A DNA stretch of 64,000 bases from Pecten maximus. Taxonomy: Eukaryota. Made by a program: the position numbers and the translations under genes. The stretch is from positions 16,678,001 through 16,742,000 of the forward strand of contig NC_047015.1 of the NCBI RefSeq assembly GCF_902652985.1. Direction: 5' to 3'. The notes beneath the pieces are model-generated. The model was not told the DNA's origin. It saw only the letters and a program-made list of their open reading frames with translations, and made no database searches. Below are positions 1-14,100 of this stretch, piece after piece (position 1 is the first letter of the stretch; every line of letters begins with the position of its first letter).

Positions 1-693
1 GATCTACTTGTACGAACTCAATAGAACTACTGGAATGGAATCGGTTTTGTGTATATGTTGGTGTATATCGGAGGTACACGAGTTCAGTATACAGACTGTA
101 TAGTGTTTTATCTGATAATTTCTCGACACGATTGGCTTTGTTTTATAGCGTGCCAACATGATCAAGTGATGATACCTATGATAAGAATACTAGTCTATTG
201 TGTAATGTTTCCGTTAAACTGTACTGCGGTACATTTTATTATGTGACTACATATATATTTATACTTTAAATGTATCGTTGCAATAATAACGAAAACAATT
301 CATTGTTAGAAATTCCAGGACTGAATTCACATATCACTAAATGTATATGTCAATGTAAATATTTCCAATATTTACGATACTACCAGACATTTGTGATTAT
401 ACGTTAACAGATCACATGACCCATTGTCCAGCGTATCGGTCAATCGGTTAATTTGTATTTATACTAATTACTGATTTGCATATGAAAAATAATTTTTAAA
501 AAGTTATAATATAGCAAAATGGATAAAGTTTAAAAACGACATCACATCCCTATCCGTCCATGTCAATAAAACAGTTAATATCCACGGTTTATCTTAATTA
601 TGTATACGTCCTTTAAAATTATTGTAATACAGTCAACCGGTCATGATTATGAAGCCCGCACACTAGTGACTTGTCTGTGGTTAAACGTACCAT

Positions 694-3600
694 CAGATGT
701 GTCTGTGGTGAGACATGTCACCTGATGTGTCTGTAGTGAGACATGTCACCTGATGTGTCAGTGGTGAGACATGTCACCTGATGTGTCTGTGGTGAGACAT
801 GTCATCTGATGTATCTATGGTGAGACATGTCACCTGATATGTCTGTGGTGAGACATGTTATCTGATGTGTCTGGTGAGACATGTCACCTGATGTGTCTGT
901 AGTGAGACATGGCACCTGATGTATCTATAGTGAGACATGTCATCTGATGTATCTATGGTGAGACATGTCACCTGATGTGTCTGTGGTGAGACATGTCACC
1001 TGATGTATCTATAGTGAGACATGTCATCTGATGTACCTATGGTGAGACATGTCACCTGATGTGTCGTCTATGGTGAGACATGTCACTTGATGTATCTATA
1101 GTGAGACATGTCATCTGATGTATCTATGGTGAGACATGTCACCTGATGTGTCTGTAGTGAGACATGTCACCTGATGTATCTATAGTGAGACATGTCACCT
1201 GATGTATCTGTGGTGAGACATGTCACCTGATGTGTCTGTGGTTAGACATGTCACTTGATGTATCTATAGTGAGACATGTCATCTGATGTATCTATGGTGA
1301 GACATGTCACCTGATGTGTCTGGTGAGACATGTCACCTGATGTGTCTGTGGTGAGACATGTCACCTGATGTATCTATAGTGAGACATATCATCTGATGTA
1401 CCTATGGTGAGACATGTCACCTGATGTGTCGTCTATGGTGAGACATGTCACTTGATGTATCTATAGTGAGACATGTCATCTGATGTATCTATGGTGAGAC
1501 ATGTCACCTGATGTGTCTGTAGTGAGACATGTCACCTGATGTATCTATAGTGAGACATGTCACCTGATGTATCTGTGGTGAGACATGTCACCTGATGTGT
1601 CTGTGGTTAGACATGTCACCTGATGTATCTATAGTGAGACATGTCATCTGATGTATCTATGGTGAGACATGTCACCTGATGTGTCTGTGGTGAGACAAGT
1701 CACCTGATGTATCTGTGGTGAGACATGTCACCTGATGTGTCTGTGGTGAGACATGTCACCTGATGTGTCTGTGGTGAGACATGTCACCTGATGTGTCTGT
1801 GGTGAGACATGTCATCTGATGTGTTTGTGGTGAGACATGTCACCTGATGTGTCTGTGGTGAGACATGTCACCTGATGTGTCTGTGGTGAGACATGTCATC
1901 TGATGTATCTATGGTGAGACATGTCACCTGATATGTCTGTGGTGAGACATGTTATCTGATGTGTCTGGTGAGACATGTCATGTGATGTGTCTGTGGTGAG
2001 ACATGTCACCTGATGTGTCTGTGGTGAGACATGTCATCTGATGTATCTATGGTGAGACATGTCACCTGATATGTCTGTGATGAGACATGTTATCTGATGT
2101 GTCTGGTGAGACATGTCACCTGATGTGTCTGTGGTGAGACAAGTCACCTGATGTATCTGTGGTGAGACATGTTATCTGATGCGTCTGTGTTGAGACATGT
2201 CACCTGATGTGTCTGTGGTGAGACATGTCACCTGATGTGTCTGTGGTGAGACATGTCACCTGATGTGTCTGGTGAGATATGTCACCTGATGCGTCTGTGG
2301 TGAGACATGTCACCTGATGTGTCTGTGGTGATACATGTCACCTGATGTGTCTGTGGTGAGACATGTCATCTGATGTGTCTGGTGAGACATGTCACCTGAT
2401 GTGTCTGGTGAGACATGTCATCTGATGTATCTATGGTGAGACATGTCACCTGATATGTCTGTGGTGAGACATGTCACCTGATGTGTCTGTGGTGAGACAT
2501 GTCACCTGATGTGTCTGTGGTGAGACATGTCACCTGATGTGTCTGTGGTGAGACATGTCACCTGATGTGTCTGGTGAGACATGTCACCTGATGTGTCTAT
2601 GGTGAGACATGTCACCAGATGTGTCTATGGTGAGACATGTCACCTGATGTGTCTGTGGTGAGACATGTCACCTGATGTGTCTGTGGTGAGACATGTCACC
2701 TGATGTATCTATAGTGAGACATGTCATCTGATGTATCTATGGTGAGACATGTCACCTGATGTGTCTGTGGTGAGACATGTCACCTGATGTGTCTGGTGAG
2801 ACATGTCACCTGATGTGTCTGGTGAGACATGTCACCTGATGTGTCTATGGTGAGACATGTCACCAGATGTGTCTATGGTGAGACATGTCACCTGATGTGT
2901 CTATGGTGAGACATGTCACCTGATGTGTCTGTGGTGAGACATGTCACCTGATGTGTCTGTGGTGAGACATGTCACCTGATGTGTCTGTGGTGAGACATGT
3001 CACCTGATGTATCTATAGTGAGACATGTCATCTGATGTATCTATGGTGAGACATGTCACCTGATGTGTCTGTGGTGAGACAAGTCACCTGATGTGTCTGG
3101 TGAGACATGTCACCTGATGTGGTTGTGGTGAGACATGTCACGTGATGTGTCTGTGGTGAGACATGTTATCTGATGTGTCTGGTGAGACATGTCACCTGAT
3201 GTGTCTGTGGTGAGACAAGTCACCTGATGTGTCTGTGGTGAGACATGTCACCTGATGTGTCTGTGGTGAGACATGTCACCTGATGTGTCTGTGGTGAGAC
3301 ATGTCACCTGATGTGTCTGTGGTGAGACATGTCATCTGATGTGTCTGTGGTGAGACATGTCACCTGATGTGTTTGTGGTGAGACATGTCACCTGATGTGT
3401 CTGTGGTGAGACATGTCACCTGATGTGTCTGTGGTGAGACATGTCACCTGATGTGTCTGTGGTGAGACATGTCACCTGATGTGTCTGTGGTGAGACATGT
3501 CACCTGATGTGTCTGTGGTGAGACATGTCATCTGATGTATCTGTGGTGAGACTTGTCACCTGATATGTCTGTGGTTAGACATGTTATCTGATGTGTCTGG

Positions 3601-5480
3601 TTAGACATGTCACCTGATGTGTCTGTGGTGAGACAAGTCACCTGATGTATCTGTGGTGAGACATGTTATCTGATGCGTCTGTGGTGAGACATGTCACCTG
3701 ATGTGTCTGTGGTGAGACATGTCACCTGATTTGTCTGTGGTGAGACATGTCACCTGGTGTGTCTGTGGTGATACATGTCACCTGATGTGTCTATGATAGG
3801 ACATGTGATCTGATGTGTCTATGGTGAGACATGTCACCTGATGCGTCTGTGGTGAGACATGTCACCTGATGTGTCTGTGGTGAGACATGTCACGTGATGT
3901 GTCTGTGGTGAGACACGTTATCTGATGTGTCTGGTGAGACATGTCACCTGATGTATCTATGGTGAGACTTGTCACCTGATATGTCTGTGGTTAGACATGT
4001 TATGTGATGTGTCTGGTGAGACATGTCACCTGGTGTGTCTGTGGTGATACAAGTCACCTGATGTATCTGTGGTGAGACATGTTATCTGATGCGTCTGTGG
4101 TGAGACATGTCACCTGATGTGTCTGTGGTGAGACATGTCACCTGATGTGTCTGTGGTGAGACATGTCACCTGATGTGTCTGTGGTAATACATGTCACCTG
4201 ATGTGTCTGTGGTGAGACATGTCACCTGATGTGTCTGGTGAGACATGTCACGTGATGTGTCTATGGTGAGACATGTCACCAGATGTGTCTATGGTGAGAC
4301 ATGTCACCTGATTTGTCTATGGTGAGACATGTCACCTGATGTGTCTGTGGTGAGACATGTCACCTGATGTGTCTGTGGTGAGATATGTCACCTGATGTGT
4401 CTGTGGTGAGACATGTCACCTGATGTGTCTGTGGTGAGACATGTCATCTGATGTATCTGTGGTGAGACTTGTCACCTGATATGTCTGTGGTTAGACATGT
4501 TATCTGATGTGTCTGGTTAGACATGTCACCTGATGTGTCTGTGGTGAGACAAGTCACCTGATGTATCTGTGGTGAGACATGTTATCTGATGCGTCTGTGG
4601 TGAGACATGTCACCTGATGTGTCTGTGGTGAGACATGTCACCTGATGTGTCTGTGGTGAGACATGTCACCTGATGTGTCTGTGGTGAGACATGTCACCTG
4701 ATGTGTCTGTGGTGAGACATGTCACCTGATGTGTCTGTGGTGAGACATGTCACCTGATGTGTCTGGTGAGACATGTCACCTGATGTGTCTATGGTGAGAC
4801 ATGTCACCAGATGTGTCTATGGTGAGACATGTCACCTGATGTGTCTATGGTGAGACATGTCACCTGATGTGTCTGTGGTGAGACATGTCACCTGATTTGT
4901 CTGTGGTGAGACATGTCACCTGGTGTGTCTGTGGTGATACATGTCACCTGATGTGTCTATGATAGGACATGTCACGTGATGTTTCTGTGGTGATACATGT
5001 CACCTGATGTGTCTGTGGTGAGACATGTCATCTGATGTGTCTGGTGAGACATGTCACCTGATGTGTCTGGTGAGACATGTCACCTGATGTGGTTGTGGTG
5101 AGACATGTCACGTGATGTGTCTGCGGTGAGACATGTCACCTGATGTGTCTGTGGTGAGACAAGTCACCTGATGTGTCTGTGGTGAGACATGTCACCTGAT
5201 GTGTCTGAGACATGTCACCTGATGTTTCTGTGGTGAGACATGTCACCTGATGTGTCTGTGGTGAGACATGTCACCTGATGTTTTTGTGGTGAGACATGTC
5301 ACCTGATGTGTCTGTGGTGAGACATGTCACCTGATGTGTCTGTGGTGAGACATGTCACCTGATGTGTCTATGGTGAGACATGTCACCTGATGTATCTATG
5401 GTGATACATTTCACCCGATGTGTCTTTGGTGAGACATGTCACCTGATGTGTGGTGAGACATGTCACCCGATGTCTACAGT
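694..5480. repeat. 28-bp satellite/minisatellite array, about 170 copies (consensus GGTGAGACATGTCACCTGATGTGTCTGT, with 26-bp variants)
   Basis: Period measured directly (AGACATGTCA at 3241, 3269, 3297). The unit contains the palindrome GACATGTC and a GGTGA/TCACC inverted pair. Confidence 0.97.
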
Positions 5481-6616
5481 GAGAGTTGATCAGCTTTATG
5501 TAACTACACATAGCTATAGATGTCTCTGTATCCTTGATCTCTACAAGATACTATCGTGTGGTGAAGACATGATCAGCTTGATACCACTAAACATAGCTAT
5601 AGGCGACTCTGTATCATTGATCCCTACACATTCGATACTATTGTGTGATGAAGACATGAATCACCTTACTAAACCTTACATTATCAAAGCGAAATCCACA
5701 TAAATATCCAGAGGAAGGCATAATTGAAATTCCTAAGGCAGGATGGAATTCCAGATTATCTCCATAGTCTTAAATTGGCACAAACTCTTGTTCATAACAG
5801 ATTTTATATCAAGGCATCACAGATGGTATGAATCCCCTCACACCAAGAGTAATCAATACAGTAAATCTATTCATAGTTCCACAGACCTCTGTTTTAATCC
5901 CAGGTGTTTGAATCATAGACTTGTTGCTCTGGAATATATCACACAACACAGAGAATTGTATTTCCTCCACAATGGAATTTATTCAACTTCCATCCATAAC
6001 CATGTAACAAAGTGCTAAATCATCATACCTCCTCCAGGTACAATCTAAAGCTGAACACAGTTTTCAATATTTTTAGCACGTCTTGTTTATCTTTGAAATA
6101 TGATTGATCATACTTAAAAAGTCTCTGAAATATGCTCATCCAAAAACGAGATTTAGCCGAGATTTAGCCAAGGTTTACCACAAACCAGGTAAGCTAGTTA
6201 TTGCAACAGGGACAATTGTGCTAGAGCAAAAGGCAATAAACATGATCATGCACTGATATTCGATGGATAAATATGTTCATCAATAAAATGAAAAGCATCC
6301 TCCTACACTGTATAACACTAGTACATGTATTACAAGTATCCTCAGCACTCCAAAAGAAAATAACAATACAGCTCTAGATATCATTTATACAGTCTCAAAT
6401 ATCAGGCAGATTAAGTTGAAGAGGAATGGTTCAGTAACCGAACTTTCAACACCAACTTTACACATTAACTATACATTCTAATGTACTTTGGGATATTTTA
6501 GTTGGGGTCATATTTAGGTTTATTTGGTGCCTGGCATGAAAGTGCCAAAATTTAATACACGGAATTATGTAACGAGTAAGATGTCTATCTTTGTTTGGTG
6601 AAACCATCAACAGGAG

Positions 6617-7164
6617 TTGTTCATACCTGTAATAGGAGATACATTTCAGACAATGCCTTGTTCATACCTGTAATAGGAGATACATTTCAGACAATGCCTT
6701 GTTCATACCTGTAACAGGAGATACATTTCAGACAATGCCTTGTTCATACCTGTAATAGGAGATACATTTCAGACAATGCCTTGTTCATACCTGTAATAGG
6801 AGATACATTTCAGACAATGCCTTGTTCATACCTGTAACAGGAGATACATTTCAGACAATGCCTTGTTCATACCTGTAACAGGAGATACATTTCAGACAAT
6901 GCCTTGTTCATACCTGTAACAGGAGATACATTTCAGACAATGCCTTGTTCATACCTGTAACAGGAGATACATTTCAGACAATGCCTTGTTCATACCTGTA
7001 ACAGGAGATACATTTCAGACAATGCCTTGTTCATACCTGTAACAGGAGATACATTTCAGACAATGCCTTGTTCATACCTGTAACAGGAGATACATTTCAG
7101 ACAATGCCTTGTTCATACCTGTAACAGGAGATACATTTCAGACAATGCCTTGTTCATACCTGTA
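6617..7164. repeat. 41-bp minisatellite, about 13 near-identical copies
   Basis: Unit TTGTTCATACCTGTAA(T/C)AGGAGATACATTTCAGACAATGCC, with starts at 6617 and 6658. Confidence 0.95.
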
Positions 7165-8151
7165 CTTTTAACATTGTACAATAAACACTACACATACATC
7201 ACCTGAGACTTGATATCTAGGTTTGTGTGTAATCAATAACAAGGAATTATTACAGTATAATGCTGTATATCCAGACTCCTGATGTGTCCACACATCATAA
7301 TGTTGTAATGAATTATAGGAACATCTGCATGACCAAACAGATTAATGTAAAGTATCCCCAAACAGGTTTGATAAAAATCTGTCAACAGAATAACAGAAAC
7401 TTTGTATACAAAATATCAGAAGGTATTATGTCTTCAACCTCTAACAATTAACAGACAACTTAACATCATTGAGCAGGAGTGAAGCCGACACAACACAGTG
7501 CTGTAGGCCAGTAACATAGTAACATCTGTGTCCACACCTTGCATAGATCACCGAGAAAGACCTTAACACCTGTGAAAGGCACAGAGTGACTACCATCATA
7601 TATTCCATACCATACATACATATTCCATCTCACTGTGTTGATCAAAGGTATAGGATAGGTAGCCAGGTGGAAAGTTTTCTGGTACAACTCAGATGAAGAG
7701 TATTCAAATTATCCTGATAACTTATTAGGACAAGGTATAAGTGAATTCCCAATAAAATCCCTACACCATTTATTGTGACATATTGAGTGGTTTAGTCTCC
7801 TAATGTCTGTTTTATATAGGCCTCTGTAAATCTGTACACCATGGGCTCTGACTCCATCATACAGTGTACTGACAAGTCATTCCACCATCAAGCAATATTT
7901 GTGCAATAACTTAACATCACTACACATGTAAGCTAACACAGAACAAAACATAAACATATTTATATATTATCAACATCAATAACGTTCATCTGTGTGTTTT
8001 AAACATCAATACACACTACGTAATCTTTGGTGTTCCAAACCAAAAACTGTGGTATCATGCTAAGGAGTGTATCCCTTCATTGAACAGAGGACAAGTCTTG
8101 TCTAATGAGTTGGTGTGGTCCCAGATTAGAGATCTCGGAGTTTCACAGAGA

Positions 8152-11100
8152 TCAAGGCAGATCTCGGTCGATGCGGACAAGTCTCTCTATGACAGCATCC
8201 AACGCTTTGTGGGTAGGTGTATCACTGAATGCCTCCAGGAAATTCTTGCCCTGCTCCAGACAGTGAGTCAGCTTAGGGTCGAGAGGGATACAGCCTGTAA
8301 AACAGACAGTGAGCCAACTTAGGGTCGAGAGGGATACAGCCTGTAAAACAGTGAGTTAGCTTAGGGTCGAGAGGGATACAGCCTGTTAAACAGACAGCGA
8401 GTCAGCTTAGGGTCGAGATGGATACAGCCTGTAAAACAGACAGTGAGTCAGCTTAGGGTTGAGAGGGATACAGCCTGTAAAACAGTGAGTCAGCTTAGGG
8501 TCGAGATGGATACAGCCTGTAAAACAGTGAGTCAGCTTAGGGTCGAGAGGGATACAGCCTGTAAAACAGACAGTGAGCCAACTTAGGGTCGAGAGGGATA
8601 CAGCCTGTAAAACAGACAGTGAGTCAGCTTAGGGTCGAGAGGGATACAGCCTGTCAAACAGACAGTGAGCCAACTTAGGGTCGAGAGGGATACAGCCTGT
8701 AAAACAGACAGTGAGTCAGCTTAGGGTCGAGAGGGATACAGCCTGTAAAACAGTGAGTCAGCTTAGGGTCGAGAGGGATACAGCCTGTAAAACAGACAGT
8801 GAGTCAGCTTAGGGTCGAGAGGGATACAGCCTGTAAAACAGACAGTGAGCCAACTTAGGGTCGAGAGGGATACAGCCTGTAAAACAGACAGTGAGTCAGC
8901 TTAGGGTCGAGAGGGATACAGCCTGTAAAACAGACAGTGAGTCAGCTTAGGGTCGAGAGGGATACAGCCTGTAAAACAGACAGTGAGCCAGCTTAGGGTC
9001 GAGAGGGATACAGCCTGTAAAACAGACAGTGAGTCAGCTTAAGGTCGAGAGGGATACAGCCTGTAAAACAGACAGTGAGTCAGCTTAGGGTCGAGAGGGA
9101 TACAGCCTGTAAAAAGTGAGTCAGCTTAGGGTCGAGAGGGATACAGCCTGTAAAACAGTGAGTCAGCTTAGGGTCGAGAGGGATACAGCCTGTAAAACAG
9201 ACAGTGAGTCAGCTTAGGGTCAAGAGGGATACAGCCTGTAAAACAGACAGTGAGTCAGCTTAGGGTCGAGAGGGATACAGCCTGTAAAAAGTGAGTCAGC
9301 TTAGGGTCGAGAGGGATACAGCCTGTAAAACAGTGAGTCAGCTTAGGGTCGAGAGGGATACAGCCTGTAAAACAGACAGTGAGTCAGCTTAGGGTCGAGA
9401 GGGATACAGCCTGTAAAACAGTGAGTCAGCTTAGGGTCGAGATGGATACAGCCTGTAAAACAGACAGTGAGTCAGCTTAGGGTCAAGAGGGATACAGCCT
9501 GTAAAACAGTGAGTCAACTTAGGGTCGAGAGGGATACAGCCTGTTAAACAGACAGTGAGCCAACTTAGGGTTGAGAGGGATACAGCCTGTTAAACAGACA
9601 GTGAGTCAGCTTAGGGTCGAGATGGATACAGCCTGTAAAACAGCGAGTGAGTCAGCTTAGGGTTGAGAGGGATACAGCCTGTAAAACAGACAGTGAGTCA
9701 GCTTAAGGTAGAGAGGGATACAGCCTGTAAAACAGACAGTGAGTCAGCTTAGGGTCGAGAGGGATACAGCCTGTAAAACAGACAGTGAGTCAGCTTAGGG
9801 TCGAGAGGGATACAGCCTGTAAAACAGACAGTGAGTCAGCTTAAGGTCGAGAGGGATACAGCCTGTAAAACAGACAGTGAGTCAGCTTAGGGTCGAGAGG
9901 GATACAGCCTGTAAAACAGACAGTGAGTCAGCTTAGGGTCGAGAGGGATACAGCCTGTAAAACAGACAGTGAGTCAGCTTAGGGTCGAGAGGGATACAGC
10001 CTGTAAAACAGACAGTGAGTCAGCTTAAGGTCGAGAGGGATACAGCCTGTAAAAAGTGAGTCAGCTTAGGGTCGAGAGGGATACAGCCTGTTAAACAGAC
10101 AGTGAGTCAGCTTAGGGTAGAGAGGGATACAGCCTGTAAAACAGCAAGTCAGCATAGAGTTGAGAGGGATACAGCCTGTAAAGCAGTGTGTTACGTCTAC
10201 GTTTGTTACAAGTGTGTAAATTTCATTAAATCATCTTCTGATATATATTTTGACACTTTATCTTTTTAAAACCTTCTGCTAGTGTAGATATCAAAGGCAG
10301 AAATTCACATACATTTCAAAGGATTTCATTGAAACCTTATTGTAAAATACGGACATTTATACCTACCCAGAAAAGGTACATGGAACTGCTTTGCCAATGA
10401 CTCCCCTCCACCCTTTGAAAAAATGTTGGTACATTCCTGAGAAAAGAAGAAATATAGTAATAAATGTAAACTTTATTTACTTAAAAACAGTTTGAAACAA
10501 TTTCTATATACTTACATCCATCAGACTATACAGTAATAAAGTAATACAATCTACATGTAAGTGTTTCATTGTAAACATTAAACAACTTAATTGAATATTT
10601 TACATTTTAAAATAAAGCTGACAAAACTACTTGTGTTCACATAAAAAGGACACATTTATTGTTCAATGTGGACAGACATACCCACACATGTTCTGTATAC
10701 CAAGGTCACACTTACTGTACAATGTGGACAGACAAACCCACTGATGTTCTGTATACCAAGGTCACACTTACTGTACAATGTGGACAGACATACCCACTCA
10801 TGTTCTGTATACCAAGGTCACACTTACTGTACAATGTGGACAGACAAACCCACTCGTGTTCTGTATACCAAGGTCACACTTACTGTACAATGTGGACAGA
10901 CAAACCCACCCATGTTCTGTATACCAAGGTCACACTTACTGTACAATGTGGGCAGACAAACCCACTCGTGTTCTGTATACCAAGGTCACACTTACTGTAC
11001 AATGTGGACAGACAAACCCACTCAAGTTCTGTATACCAAGGTCACACTTACTGTACAATGTGGACAGACAAACCCACCCATGTTCTGTATACCAAGGTCA

Positions 11101-14100
11101 CACTTACTGTACAATGTGGACAGACAAACCCAATCATGTTCTGTATACCAAGGTCACACTTACTGTACAATGTGGACAGACATACCCACTCGTGTTCTGT
11201 ATACCAAGGTCACACTTACTGTACAATGTGGACAGACATACCCACTCGTGTTCTGTATACCAAGGTCACACTTACTGTACAATGTGGACAGACAAACCCA
11301 CCCATGTTCTGTATACCAAGGTCACACTTACTGTACAATGTGGACAGACAGAACCACTCGTGTTCTGTATGCCAAGGTCACACTTACTGTACAATGTGGA
11401 CAGACAAACCCACCCATGTTCTGTATACCAAGGTCACACTTACTGTACAATGTGGACAGACAAACCCACCCATGTTCTGTATACCAAGGTCACACTTACT
11501 GTACAATGTGGACAGACAAACCCACTCGTGTTCTGTATACCAAGGTCACACTTACTGTACAATGTGGGCAGATAAACCCACCCATGTTCTGTATACCAAG
11601 GTCACACTTACTGTACAATGTGGGCAGACAAACCCACCCATGTTCTGTATACCAAGGTCACACTTACTGTACAATGTGGACAGACAAACCCAATCATGTT
11701 CTGTATACCAAGGTCACACTTACTGTACAATGTGGACAGACAAACCCACCCATGTTCTGTATACCAAGGTCACACTTACTGTACAATGTGGATAGACAGA
11801 ACCTCTCATGTTCTGTATACCAAGGTCACACTTACTGTACAATGTGGATAGACAGAACCTCTCATGTTCTGTATACCAAGGTCACACTTACTGTACAATG
11901 TGGACAGACAAACCCACTCATGTTATGTATACCAAGGTCACACTTACTGTACAATGTGGACAGACAAACCCACTCATGTTCTCTATGAGACCAATGACTG
12001 GAATGTGGGTCTTTTTACAAAAGGTTAATTCCCTTCGCACATCTCCAACAGCTACGGCCTGTAAACATAGAAGGACATACAAATCACATATTTTAGGCTT
12101 TTCAACAACTGGCAACAGAGCAACTTAAACTAAGCAGAGTCTAATCAAAGTTAGTTAGGAAGTAGAGGCCTTCATGCTACGTATAGAGACTTGTATCTAT
12201 ATAGACAAGTATCATGGAAATCCCTGTGATACTGCCATAGTTATCTCCCTTCCCCAGTGATGTAGTACACCTCAAAGTTCACATACACTTTTGATGACTG
12301 TAGGACATTCAAGATCACAAGATCAAAGATTTTTAAAATGAAAAGGTCAATGAACTGAACTGTTGAAAATGAGAAAATGGGTAGAACAAAAGTTGAATGC
12401 CTCTGAGTTATTGAGATGGGTCCATGAGATGGGTCCATGAGATGGGTCCATAAATGTTCAAAGGAGGAGTCTGACAATTGAAGTCCACAACTGTGCTGAT
12501 GATTACAGCCTTTTCAGTTTAAAAATATGAATGAAGGGGATGGTGATTGCCGTGAAAATATAGATGGTTGTAAGTTTGATATCACTGCACACTATCCTAA
12601 CATATCAGTGACCGCTGTCCTGGTACCTGAGGTGTAGTGACTAGAACGGCTCCATCAGGATTGTAGGATTTGAGACTCTCCACTACACTTATGTGTTCAT
12701 CTGATGTACCAGGGGGCGTGTCTATCACTAGGTATTCAAGGTCACGCCACACCACGTCACTGAGGAACTGCTTGATCATGGCTGAAGTAAAAAATATACA
12801 TACAGTAGTTAAATATACAGTAGAGCTGTGATCACAAAAACTGCTCATCATGAAAATAAAAGTAGAGGAATACGATTGCCTATTTCATGCTTTCTCCAAT
12901 GAAATGCACCAGTTTTACTTAAAAGTTTTAAAAAGCTGAAACTTTTAACCATGTTCAATAAAAATGACCTGTACACTTTTTCTGTACATCTTACCCAAAT
13001 CTGATCATAAATCTAAAGACTACATGCATATCTTATTTTTCAACATATTCCAAAGATTCTTTAACTTGCTTGAAAGATTCTATTGCTAAATGAAAAACTC
13101 TGTTCAGGAGAGCTACGCATGTGTAAGTGTGAAGATTTTGTCACCTGTTTTCTTGGGCCCTCTCCACACAATAGCGTCATTGGCATCCTCTAGGAGAAAC
13201 GCTATGGACATCACAGACAAATGCTGGTCTTTGTCCACAAACACAGGCAACCATCTAATAACAAATTAGTAAAGGAGTCATGTGGCAACATATTCAAAGT
13301 GCACAACCAAGAGAAGCCTATGCATGAAATTTGAGCAATATCCATCCAGTTCTTCTTGAGAAATAGTGATAACTGGATCATAAAAGAACAGGTATTGAAT
13401 ATATGAACAATGACAGAATCATATAATAACAGATATTGAATATTTGAATGATAACAGGATCAGTATTTTGAATCAATGGGATATACAAGTCATTTAACAT
13501 TACTAACTCATTGGATTAAAAATAAAATTATTTCTTTTCAAAAAGTATTACCTCGGCTAGTTTTCAAATAATACTTAATATTACAAACCCTTCTGGACAC
13601 TGGTGAATATCTTGGTTTTGCAGATTGAACATGCGTGGAATACTTGGTCCACATAAATCCAGGTCCAATAATCCTACCTGTCGCACAAATGACAACAATT
13701 CACACAAAGCACTCCCTCCATAAATAAAACAGTATTCATTAATCTTTGATCAATAAAGGCTGGCAAAAAAATACATTGAAAATGTATTAAGTTTCACAAA
13801 GCATTAAAAAGTAGAAAAAAGGCAAATAATCAAATAGAAATCTCAAAATGTTGTAAAGCAACTCCTACTGCTGTTTGACCAGCCAAGATATAGTACCATG
13901 ATGTAAAGCAAATGATAGGTAAGTATCAAGAGGTTTTACTGTCGAATATAGAATGAAGTTAAATAAGTAGTGAACAAATGTACAGTACCTTTTTACCAGC
14001 ATGTTTGAGACCAAGGGCTATCTGAGTAGCCACAGTACTCTTGCCAACTCCTCCTTTTCCAGACAGGACAAGAATGACATGTTCAATATGGGACAAATGG

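Noticed and set aside
5380-6018. ORFs of 107 and 91 aa after the satellite
   Set aside because: The first starts inside the degenerate satellite end. Neither has a recognisable domain or convincing splice context.
10659-11988. Long + strand ORFs (378, 440 and 265 aa) rich in Cys/His/Thr
   Set aside because: They are by-products of a stop-free 56-bp tandem unit read in all three frames, antisense to a NUBP2 intron. There is no independent evidence of coding.
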